Assembly: GCA_030141605.1 (NCBI GenBank)
Contig: JAQGDQ010002027.1
Coordinates: 1 to 17,489, forward strand
Source of the DNA: Tubiluchus corallicola
Taxonomy: Eukaryota; Animalia; Priapulida
Reading direction: 5' to 3'
Length of the DNA stretch: 17,489 nt
The notes under the pieces were generated by a model. That model saw only the letters and a program-made list of their open reading frames with translations. It was not told the DNA's origin and did not search any database. Below, one piece after another: positions 1-10,290 of the stretch (position 1 is its first letter; the number at the start of each line of letters is the position of its first letter). A program made the position numbers and the translations under genes.

Positions 1-449
1 TTGCCTATCAACAAATATAATATTAACTGACTTTTCGCTTATGAGCTTACCCTAAGAAGTGGGAATATACATCTCCTAGGCTGTCTAAGTACAGTCAGTA
101 GCAATGACCGTGGCAACGCGCCATGCTGATAGTCTAGTTAAGCCCAGAAATTTGTTAATGTGTGATAATTGCTGATGACTCATTCCTTAATCGAAAGATT
201 TTTCAATTGTTTTTGTGCGTATGTGCTTTTGTGTTGTATTATGTAACTAATTTGTATAGTGATTGTTCATTTCGTTAACTCGCCTTTGATGCATTTGTCT
301 TAAAAAGGGAAACTGATGTGTGAATTATATAAAACTTATTGACTCTCGATAATTTTGTCTGTAATAAATTATAAATCTTAGTCCGTTCCAACGTGTTTTA
401 CTAAACGTACTATATGTGATCGATAAATGCATTATGATCATCAGTGTAG

Positions 450-1946
<1,497 letters not shown>

Positions 1947-2195
1947 GGATAGAAGAAAATGAAGAGAGACAGTGAAAAAGAGATAACATAAATATTTATT
2001 GTAATAGTTTGTAGTTATATTGTTGAAGCGAGTATGCATTTCCCATTTATATAAAATGACATTTATGCGTTTGTCATTTATAAAAATATGATTCTAATTT
2101 AGACGCTCCACTCATTTGCATGGTGGTAGTTTTTACACTGATTCATTCTGTATAGCTGAATGAAACATACAATATATCGTTACAGTAAACATAGT

Positions 2196-2201
2196 TTTAT
2201 T
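2196..2201 (-). promoter_or_regulatory. Candidate polyadenylation signal for the minus-strand gene
   Basis: AATAAA on the minus strand followed by U/GU-rich sequence (tatattgtatgtttc). Alternatives exist at 3359-3364, 2511-2516 and 1995-2000, so the choice is uncertain. Confidence 0.35.
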
Positions 2202-2647
2202 CACAATAGTAATATCATTCTGACATACTAAAAACTATGAGCAAACAGTACACAATGAAATATTTTTGGCTACTAATATTTACTCAGTAATAATTCAGTT
2301 ACTATGCAAGAGTTTTAAAATAACAACTAAGCAGGCCATTTGACGAGACGCAAGTGATGCACCTCAAATTAAATATATGCTAATATATAAAAATAGGCCA
2401 TATTACACGCCATGGCAACAAGTTTTTTACTTACAAAAGCAAAAAATATGAAATATTTACATTACAAACAACTCAGAATTTATCTGGATTTATAGTATAA
2501 GCTTAAAAACTTTATTTTCTCAGCAAATTGCATATTAAAGGTATGTGAAATGTATTTGGAGTAGAACATGGATCACACGCTGAAACCGTTCACACAGGCA
2601 TTGAAATGGTTAACTTAAAAGGCCCACATCAATGCCATTCATGACAC

Positions 2648-3147
2648 CAGGGGTGTGCAAATTATCTGACTAGCCAGGCCACATTAAACTTTCCCGCAAT
2701 TCCTGCGGGCCATGGGCAGTTTGATCAAGGAGCCAAGTACAGAAAGGCCTAATAACGATTTTTTTGCATCCGACCTGCGTACATCATTACTACTACACTC
2801 AAGAAACTATTTTAGAAGTTATTAAAATTTATATTACAAACCATATATTTCTACTTTCAGGACAGATAGTGGTAATTTCATTACAATGCATATTAGTAAT
2901 GTGTATCACACAGTCTGTGTAGTACAGTGTTATTAAGCTACAACCATCTTGTAAGGGTTAATGGCATCCGATCTAGTAGAAAAAACTACCCGCACTATCT
3001 TTGGGATCGTGGCACAGACTTCAGCTGGATACACTCAATTAATCGCCCGGGCCGCACTTTCATTAGGTTGACAAATCTCTTACCGGGCCGCACAAATTCT
3101 CTCGGCGGTCCGCAAGTGGCCCGCGGGCCGCAATTTGCACACACCTG
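2648..3147. mobile_element. Non-autonomous hAT (Charlie-like) DNA transposon / MITE, 500 bp
   Basis: TIRs CAGGGGTGTGCAAATT (2648-2663) and AATTTGCACACACCTG (3132-3147) match 15/16. Repeated subterminal cgggccgca and ggcccgcgggccgc motifs are typical of Charlie-type ends. The 8-bp flanks catgacac and gtttaaac match only 4/8, so the TSD is not confirmed. Confidence 0.75.
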
Positions 3148-3375
3148 GTTTAAACCAATTTGGGAATGATCATGCTACGTTATTCCAATTTTTTCCGTTA
3201 CTTTCTCCAGAAAAAAATTAGATATAGTGCAAACTTTGATGATAGAATCAACAAAATTATGTCAGCTGAGACGGAAAGCCTTTTTGAAACTTTTTTCTTT
3301 TTTTGAAACTGATGTTTTGATGAGCTCTGTTCTTATCTCACTTAGTTAAAGTTGTTAATTTATTCGGACACGTTG

Positions 3376-6300
3376 TTAATGTTTCGCGTGAATATTGTAG
3401 GGTGAATAAGAAAATCTTGGATCATAAGCTTGTTGTCCTCGTTGTTGCACAGGACTTACCCTTCTTTGCTGGGGAGGTGCAACCGCAGGATACGGAACTG
3501 CAGCGCCACCCCCTCTGCCTACGCCTGCAGGATACGGAACTGCAGCGCCACCACCTTTGCCGTAGGCAGAGTAATAGTAATCACTGCCAGCGTACCTAGA
3601 ATTGACGGCATATGGATCAGGGGCAACCTGTCCTTTTCCAGTACCTTGTGCTTGAGATGGCGCTGAATACTGTTGTCGCGGGTGGGGTTGCAATGGTCCT
3701 CCCTGCGGTGCCCCATATTGTCCGGCAAAGTAACCTGAACCGTACGCACCAGCAACTGGATAACCTGCACCTCCTGGAGGATATCCTGGAGCAACACCAC
3801 CAGCAGCATATGGATTTCCTGCACCTGGGTAACCGCGACCTGGATAGCCACTATAGCCAGGTGGCGGTGGTGGTGGATATCTACCATATGGACCAAAACC
3901 ATAATCTGGATAGTCTGGGTAATCTGGTTTATCTTCTGGTTTTGTTTCAGTTTTTGCTTTCTTTGGTGCTGGTGTTGATGGTTCTTCATCATAATCTACG
4001 TATTCGTACTCGTATTCGTACTCAGCATCTTCGGGCTCATCCTTTCCTTTTGCATCTTTCTTTTCCGTTTTTGATGTACCCTTGTCTTCCACCCGGGCGT
4101 TTTCTGGCTTTGGTTCTTCAAATCCCTGCCGGGGTGGTGGACCATATGGGCCTCCACCTGGATACGGGGGATATCCTGGTCCGGCGTACTGGTAAGGGTA
4201 CTGACCCACTGGTCCCTGATACTCACCTGCTGCGTACGGCCCATATGAATCTCTTGCATATGGCAGCGGTGGATACTGGTAAGGCTGGTGCTGCCCTCTG
4301 GCAAACTGGTGTCGACCATAAGCATTACCATAGGCAGCAGCTTGCTGTGGATAATTGTAAGCTGTTTTTCCGGGAGCCGCAAGACCTTGGTAAGCAGAAT
4401 TTGATGGTGAATGTGGACCATAAGGTGTGCCATATATAAGTCCATAGTCTTCAGGACGTTTGTGTTGGGGCAGTGGAGACAACTTACCATCATCAGGGTT
4501 GTAATTAGGCAGTGGAGGCGGAGATCGTCCAGCCGGAGAATATCTGTCTTGATATGCGCCGTATCTTCCAGGAGGAGAAAGCAAATAATCTTGGCTACCA
4601 TAACCTGGAGGAACATAATTAGGAGCTTGATAAGGCAGGTGGGGTGGGGTAGCATTTTGCTCTCGTTCAAAAGTCTGATCATTTATAGTAAATTTGAAAC
4701 TTTGTGGTTTGTTCCCAAGTACCCGAGCATTTTCCGGGTAGATAGGTTGCCCAGGTAACAGCTGAGAGTTATAATAATGATTATTATCAAACGTTTGTTG
4801 CCTTGGTGGTAATTGTGTATCAAAATACTGGCCACCAGTCAATGGTGGTGGCTGTCCGTGAAAATTAGGGGTGTACCTCGAAGTTCGGTCATTCTGACGG
4901 TTTTGGTTAAAGTAGCCATTCCTGCCGTACTGAACGGGGTAACCCTGGGAGCCATATTGACGACTGTCCAGAAATTCGCCAGGTGCAATTTCGGAATATC
5001 GAAAGCCAAATGGGCCCTCATCTCGTCTGCTCTCTTGAGGAAACTTAACATTCGATCTCTCGAAGTATCCACTAGTTCCATATTTTTCATTAAGGCTTGG
5101 TTGGTATGGGTCTGGACCTTGACTGTATGCCCGTCCTTGCTTGAACGGGTCAGGCGCTTGGTTGTACGAGCGTCCTTGGTTGTACTGTGAGTGTCTGAAA
5201 GATTCTTGCTGCTGGAAAGGACCTCCAATGTGTCGATTCTGGTTGACGGAAGAGTACTGATTTTGGCCAGTTTGATACTGATTTGAATTGGGCGCATATT
5301 GATTCGTGCTGACACTAGAGTAACTTTTCTGTGGCAACTTGAAACTGACGGTACTCGCGCTGTTTGACGATGACGAGACATCGTTATTTGGATATGTCAG
5401 AGTACGCGTAAAACTGAAAGGTTTTGGTGCTGAAGTGACTGGCTGGAAGCGAGAATTTGAGCCTAGAGAAACAGAGGAAGGTCTTGGTCTTGATGGAGCT
5501 GAAGGAGATAGTTGTGTTGGTGTTTCCGCTTTCTTCAGTTCCGGTTTGCTAAAATAAGATACCGTAGGACCTTCATAAGACTTGACAAAATCTTTTAGTT
5601 CTTGTATTTTCTGATCTATGGAATCACTCCTAACACTTCCACTTGTTATGATTGGTTTTTCTTCGAAAGTCATCTGCTTTTCGTCGCTTTTAGCGTTCAA
5701 GGCTGTAGTTTCAGCAGGTGGTTGCTGTTGCTTTGGCTGTTCCCCTGATGAGATATCGGACTGCAAATACTGCTGCTGTTGATTGTGTAAGTGCTGCGAG
5801 TGCTTTGAAAGAGTCTGATGGGACGTTGCCTGTTTCTTATGTTGAGGCTGTTGTCGAGTCTGTTGTTGCTGAGCCTGTTGTTGGTGAGCCTGTTGTTGGT
5901 GAGCCTGTTGTTGGTGAGCCTGTTGTTGGTGAGCCTGTTGTTGGTGAGCCTGCTGTTGTTGAGCCTGCTGTTGGTGAGCCTGTTGTTGGTGAGCCTGTTG
6001 TTGGTGAGCCTGTTGTTGTCGAGCCTGTTGTTGGTGAGCCTGTTGTTGGTGACCCTGTTGTTGTCGAGTCTGTTGTTGCTGAGCCTGCTGTTGTTGAGCC
6101 TGTTGTTGTCGAGTCTGTTGTTGCTGAGCCTGCTGTTGTTGAGCCTGTTGTTGTCGAGTCTGTTGCTGATGTTGCTGGTGAGCGTACTGTTGCACTTGTT
6201 GCTGATTCACTTTTACTGTCGGCAGACGTATTGATTGACGTTGGTTTTGCTGCTGATGACTTGTTTGTCTGTTCCCGCTGGTGGCCGCTTGGTTGCCTGT

Positions 6301-6699
6301 GCTCAATTGGCTGCTAACACTGTACACATGTTCCCTAGGCTGTAGCTGAGATTGACTATTTAGCTGGCTGCTTACAGAATATACTTTCTCTCTAGGTTGC
6401 TGAGAATGACCATAAATACTTTTACTGCCGCCAGAGGCGTCTCTGTTCAACTGGTGACCATTGTTCAGACGGAATCCACTCTTCTGTCGACTGATTATGG
6501 TTCCTGACGGTAACGAACTTCGGGATGTATCACCCTGCAGCTCCGTGGCACTTCCAGAAATCGTGTTAGAAAGTTCCTTCCTGTAGTATCCTGGATTGTT
6601 ATCACTTGATTGAATAAGGTAAGGATTGCTGCTGACGGAGAGGACAGGTAAAGATGAGCCCAAACTGGAACTTTTATCCTCACCAGAACAGGACGCCAA
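3376..6699 (-). CDS. Terminal coding exon (1107 aa + stop) of a secreted low-complexity Gln/Pro/Tyr/Gly/Ser-rich structural (matrix/adhesive-like) protein
   Basis: 3.3-kb stop-free frame, GC-richer than its flanks and mostly not DNA-repetitive. Strong acceptor on the minus strand, atctcatttcttttacAG|TTGGCG (AG at 6701-6700), phase 0. The exon starts LASCSG-EDK, the end of a signal peptide. Internal peptide duplications differ mainly at synonymous positions. The function class is inferred from composition only. Confidence 0.93.
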   Translation of the reverse strand: MASCSGEDKSSSLGSSLPVLSVSSNPYLIQSSDNNPGYYRKELSNTISGSATELQGDTSRSSLPSGTIISRQKSGFRLNNGHQLNRDASGGSKSIYGHSQQPREKVYSVSSQLNSQSQLQPREHVYSVSSQLSTGNQAATSGNRQTSHQQQNQRQSIRLPTVKVNQQQVQQYAHQQHQQQTRQQQAQQQQAQQQQTRQQQAQQQQAQQQQTRQQQGHQQQAHQQQARQQQAHQQQAHQQQAHQQQAQQQQAHQQQAHQQQAHQQQAHQQQAHQQQAQQQQTRQQPQHKKQATSHQTLSKHSQHLHNQQQQYLQSDISSGEQPKQQQPPAETTALNAKSDEKQMTFEEKPIITSGSVRSDSIDQKIQELKDFVKSYEGPTVSYFSKPELKKAETPTQLSPSAPSRPRPSSVSLGSNSRFQPVTSAPKPFSFTRTLTYPNNDVSSSSNSASTVSFKLPQKSYSSVSTNQYAPNSNQYQTGQNQYSSVNQNRHIGGPFQQQESFRHSQYNQGRSYNQAPDPFKQGRAYSQGPDPYQPSLNEKYGTSGYFERSNVKFPQESRRDEGPFGFRYSEIAPGEFLDSRQYGSQGYPVQYGRNGYFNQNRQNDRTSRYTPNFHGQPPPLTGGQYFDTQLPPRQQTFDNNHYYNSQLLPGQPIYPENARVLGNKPQSFKFTINDQTFEREQNATPPHLPYQAPNYVPPGYGSQDYLLSPPGRYGAYQDRYSPAGRSPPPLPNYNPDDGKLSPLPQHKRPEDYGLIYGTPYGPHSPSNSAYQGLAAPGKTAYNYPQQAAAYGNAYGRHQFARGQHQPYQYPPLPYARDSYGPYAAGEYQGPVGQYPYQYAGPGYPPYPGGGPYGPPPRQGFEEPKPENARVEDKGTSKTEKKDAKGKDEPEDAEYEYEYEYVDYDEEPSTPAPKKAKTETKPEDKPDYPDYPDYGFGPYGRYPPPPPPGYSGYPGRGYPGAGNPYAAGGVAPGYPPGGAGYPVAGAYGSGYFAGQYGAPQGGPLQPHPRQQYSAPSQAQGTGKGQVAPDPYAVNSRYAGSDYYYSAYGKGGGAAVPYPAGVGRGGGAAVPYPAVAPPQQRRVSPVQQRGQQAYDPRFSYSPYNIHAKH
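5845..6159 (-). repeat. Coding 15-bp minisatellite, 21 units, encoding (A/T/G)(H/Q/R)QQQ
   Basis: Plus strand shows (gagcctgttgttggt)-type units. Translation is TRQQQ AQQQQ AQQQQ ... AHQQQ ... TRQQP. Confidence 0.95.
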
Positions 6700-6830
6700 C
6701 TGTAAAAGAAATGAGATCATTTATTAATAATTATTGATTGTAGCAATGTTATGGTAATAAAGTTAGATTTTAAGATACATTACTAATTATAGATAGAGTT
6801 ATTCGTTATATTTTTCAAAGTGATTTTATA

Positions 6831-6948
6831 ATATTGGACTGAATTCGACTCAGGGGGTCGAACTACAAGATGGCATGGCGGTCTTGATATTGGACTGAAT
6901 TCGACTCAGGGGGTCGAACTACAAGATGGCATGGCGGTCTTGATATTG
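6831..6948. repeat. Perfect tandem duplication of a 56-bp unit (2.1 copies)
   Basis: atattggactgaattcgactcagggggtcgaactacaagatggcatggcggtcttg at 6831 and 6887. Confidence 0.95.
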
Positions 6949-7229
6949 CGCATCATGAAGATCCATTTTACTATCGTTGTGTAACTGATTACTTAACTAC
7001 AAATGTCAATTTTAATTACAAATGTTATGTTAATTAACTAAGTTAATGTCTGTAAACTAGTACCATATACCTGTTATAGCATGTCATTTAACTCTCATAA
7101 AATAAAATACACAAAAACTACACTGTACGGAGTTTATTATCAGCACTAATAAAAATAAGGAACAAAATACACGTGCACAAAAAATGACTAACTAACTCAG
7201 TAACAGCACTACACCCGAGGAGCACCTGT

Positions 7230-7370
7230 GTCAGAAATCAAGGCTGTAGTGACCTCTACACACTTTTATACTGACATTCCAGGTCAGCTGGCTTCTCACA
7301 CCACGTGTAGGCCCAAACAAGACGTCAGGACCTATAAGAAAGGGATGAGTCGCTGCTGACGTGGAAGCAG
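7230..7370 (-). promoter_or_regulatory. Candidate intronic promoter/enhancer: TATAAAAG plus TEAD-, E-box- and CRE/UPRE-like motifs
   Basis: TATAAAAG (minus, 7270-7263), ACATTCC 7274-7280, AGGTCA 7281-7286, CAGCTG 7285-7290, CACGTG 7302-7307, GACGTCA 7321-7327 and TGACGTGG 7357-7364, in a locally GC-richer patch. These are motif matches only. Confidence 0.4.
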
Positions 7371-7867
7371 GGCGTGTAGAGGGCCCTACACCTGACCCGA
7401 CACAGGTGCCTCTGTAACAATATATATTCTTTTTTTATTGGCGGAAATTAGTTTATTTTGAGATACACAATCAGCGTACTGCCATCAACAGAATATCTTA
7501 GCCAGTCTAATGACATATGCGCCCATTTTTTGATAATTCATGAAATATAATTTAACATATTTAGGTTTACTTCAAGCAGTGAGACAATAAGCTTTTGTGA
7601 GCTTCTGGAAAACACATGGGCCTAATTGCAAAATACATGCGTCTATTTCATTTTACTACAGCCTAAACGCTAAAGGAAAACTTTTTGCAGAGGACGGTAT
7701 TATGCATTAAAATTGTGAAAAAGTGGAATCAATTTAACTTACATTTACAAACAAGTCTATGCCAAAAATATGAAGCTTTTTTGCTGGTGTGATTAAAAGT
7801 ATCTTTCAAGGTACAACACTGTTTATTGTCATTTTGGTTTGTAAGTTTTATATATATTTTTTGTTAT

Positions 7868-8018
7868 CTTGTGCTGTGATGTATGAACTTGTGCTGTGAT
7901 GTATGAACTTGTGCTGTGATGTATGAACTTGTGCTGTGATGTATGAACTTGTGCTGTGATGTATGAACTTGTGCTGTGATGTATGAACTTGTGCTGTGAT
8001 GTATGAACTTGTGCTGTG
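7868..8018. repeat. 20-bp minisatellite, 7.5 perfect copies
   Basis: (cttgtgctgtgatgtatgaa)n with no variation and no spacers. Confidence 0.97.
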
Positions 8019-8029
8019 TGTAATCTAGT

Positions 8030-8588
8030 TCACTACCCAGTGAAATAAAACAAATAGAATCTCTCCACCACTTTAAAAAGAAATTAAAAGAATATCAATA
8101 TAACAGGTTTCAACTTCCACATTGTGCATCTGATACTAATTACACAGACTCCACTTTCATCTACCCCCGCCCCTGACTCCATATAACGATTAAAAGTGAA
8201 TTTTTTTTTTTAAAGAATTATGTAATGTAATACGCGTTATGTTAGTTTTGTAATGTCAAATGTATAAATAGTGTAAATGTAATGAGTGAAATTTATGTAA
8301 TGTAAGGTATGTTTCTGTTAATTGTGTCATGTCAAATGTATATATAGTGTAAAATATATCGTGTAAAATTTAATGTATTTTTGTAATATTGTTTTGTAAA
8401 AATATTTTAATATGGTATTTGTAAATATGTTCATTTACTGTATATAGTTTTGCACTTTAGTTTTTTTTAGTTTTTTTAGTCTGCACTGGACGCATTTGTC
8501 TTGAACAGTGTGGTTATTTTAACATTACGCTGAGGCTTACTCAATTTTATTATAATGAGTGAACCATTTTAATAACAAATAAAGAATT

Positions 8589-8621
<33 letters not shown>
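8030..8621 (+). mobile_element. 5'-truncated LINE (CR1/L2-group) 3' end
   Basis: From 8030 the frame reads SLPSEIKQIESLHHFKKKLKEY, matching the common ORF2 C-terminal motif (WN)SLP..IK...S...FK..LK. It is followed by an AT-rich 3'UTR, a small stem-loop ACTCA...TGAGT (about 8539-8560), AATAAA 8578-8583 and a (TA)n tail 8594-8621. No TSD was found. Confidence 0.65.
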
Positions 8622-9033
8622 TTCTTTCTATCTGGCTTGTGAAGGGGTTCTGACAATGGTGACAAGTCTGAATCGAACCACAAGCAATGCAGTGATGTAG
8701 GAAAGTAAGTAGGTCAATTTAGTTCGACAAAATTCGGCTTTTGCACAGCTGGAATTTGCAACGATGAGTTTGCATTAGTAGGGCTTTTTCAGTTCAGCGA
8801 TTTCTATTCCAGTCAAATAGCAAACTGCACAAGGAAATGAACGGAAGTACGTAATTAAAGTTTAATGATTAAATCAACTCCATCACCCCGCAATTAAGTT
8901 CTTTAATTAATCACTACAAGTTTTTATATATGCGTAAATTCGTCACTAGTTAATACATAATCATATGTTACACAAGTATTAATTAGTTACAGCAGTTGCA
9001 GCTATTAGAATGACTTCAATACTGCTGGCTGTT

Positions 9034-9314
9034 GGCTCGCGTTCACATGAGCGAGTAACTCGCAAGCGTGTTCAGACTAGAGTGCAAAACTTGCTACGAG
9101 CTACTCTCCAACAGTAACCGCGAGCTGTCACTCAACTTTCTATTTACTGCAAAAAACTCGCCGAGTAACTCTCCAATCCGTTCACACTAGACACAGTAAC
9201 TCGACTCGCAGTAACCTTCTGAGAGTTTGCAGTAACTTGCCGACAGTAACTCACAAAGCAGTTCACATTTGTGAGTCTCTTGCTTAATTGATAACTCGCC
9301 TAGTCTGACCCCGA
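9034..9314. mobile_element. Possible degenerate MITE (PIF/Harbinger-like ends) with dispersed short internal motifs
   Basis: The left end ctcgcgttcacatgagcgagt loosely complements the right end actcgcctagtctgaccccga. About 7 copies of (c/g)agtaac(t/c) and 4 of gttca(c/g)a lie inside. No TSD was confirmed. Confidence 0.35.
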
Positions 9315-9485
9315 CAATACAGGTGTTTGCCAGACCCTAATGTTTAGAAAGTAATATCGCACAATAATAAGAATTTTTTTTAAAGCAAAGCTTCATCTAC
9401 CCACTGAATGAAGATAGTAACTACTATGTACACATTATCAGACTGCCTAAAACTGAAATACTGGGTAGCTGAAATATTGTTGCTA

Positions 9486-10290
9486 GGGTTGCTATGTTTG
9501 ATAAACTAAATGAAATACTTCCGCCCGAAAACCTTAATATAGCTGCCTTAGGAACTAATGATCTGTTGAAGTTGTTATTATTCGGAAAAGATGAATTTAA
9601 CTATGTTGCTAACTGTAAAATATTCCAATGCATACATGACTTTATATTACGTACTAAACGCTTCCAGTAGTTTCTTTCTGATATGAAATGCATCAGTCTT
9701 AAATATTCGTACATTAATATTTTCTAACCGTCATTTTCTACTAATGTCTAATGTAATCTTGTAGTAAAACTTGTCATCTTGTGTAGTTATAGTCTATTCT
9801 TACTGTAAATGTTACTAATGTCTAATGTAATCTTGTAGTAAAACTTGTCAGCTTGTGTAGTTATAGTCTATTCTTACTGTAAATGTTACTAATGTCTAAT
9901 GTAATCTTGTAGTAAAACTTGTCAGCTTGTGTAGTTATAGTCTATTCTTACTGTAAATGTTACTCATGCCTAATGTAATCTTGTAGTAAAACTTGTCAGC
10001 TTGTGTAGTTATAGTCTATTCTTACTGTAAACGTTACTAATGTCTAATGTAATCTTGTAGTAAAACTTGTCAGCTTGTGTAGTTATAGTCTATTCTTACT
10101 GTAAATGGTACTAATGTCTAATGTAATCTTGTAGTGAAACTTGTCAGCTTGAGTAGTTATAGTGAGTAGTTATAGTCTATTCTTACTGTAAATATTTTTG
10201 TAAATAGTGTATAAAGTCTGTTGTGGTGCGGATCCTAAATCGTGTTGTTCAAACTGTCTGATCCTATCCTAAATAAATTATGTTTAAACT
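9486..10290 (+). mobile_element. 5'-truncated LINE (CR1-group-like) insertion with 14-bp target-site duplication
   Basis: TSD aaatattgttgcta at 9472-9485 and 10291-10304. The intact frame 9494-9670 reads MFDKLNEILPPENLNIAALGTNDLLKLLLFGKDEFNYVANCKIFQCIHDFILRTKRFQ*, matching the LL(F/Y)G...N..IF.....FI..TKRF C-terminus of invertebrate RT ORF2. The 3' end is aaataaattatgtttaaact. Confidence 0.85.
9739..10193. repeat. 74-bp tandem repeat, 6 copies, inside the LINE 3'UTR
   Basis: Units start at 9739, 9813, 9887, 9961, 10035 and 10109. They differ by few substitutions, and the last unit has a 13-bp internal duplication (gagtagttatagt). Confidence 0.95.

Noticed and set aside
2927-3169. 80-aa ORF ending GGPQVARGPQFAHTW
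   Set aside because: Translation of the hAT MITE terminus, not a transposase.
3402-6317. Overlapping alternative-frame and antisense ORFs (e.g. 3612-4439 +, 3996-4682 -, 5718-6317 + with EPVVG repeats)
   Set aside because: Shadows of the biased, repetitive main CDS. Synonymous variation in the duplicated motifs supports only the main frame.
6700-6720. ATG at 6720 as the start codon (MISFLLQ)
   Set aside because: These codons are the polypyrimidine tract and CAG of the acceptor. The upstream exon supplies a better start and a complete signal peptide.
7868-8018. CRISPR-like appearance of the 20-bp and 74-bp (9739-10193) arrays
   Set aside because: Head-to-tail repeats with no unique spacers, no cas genes and a eukaryotic context.
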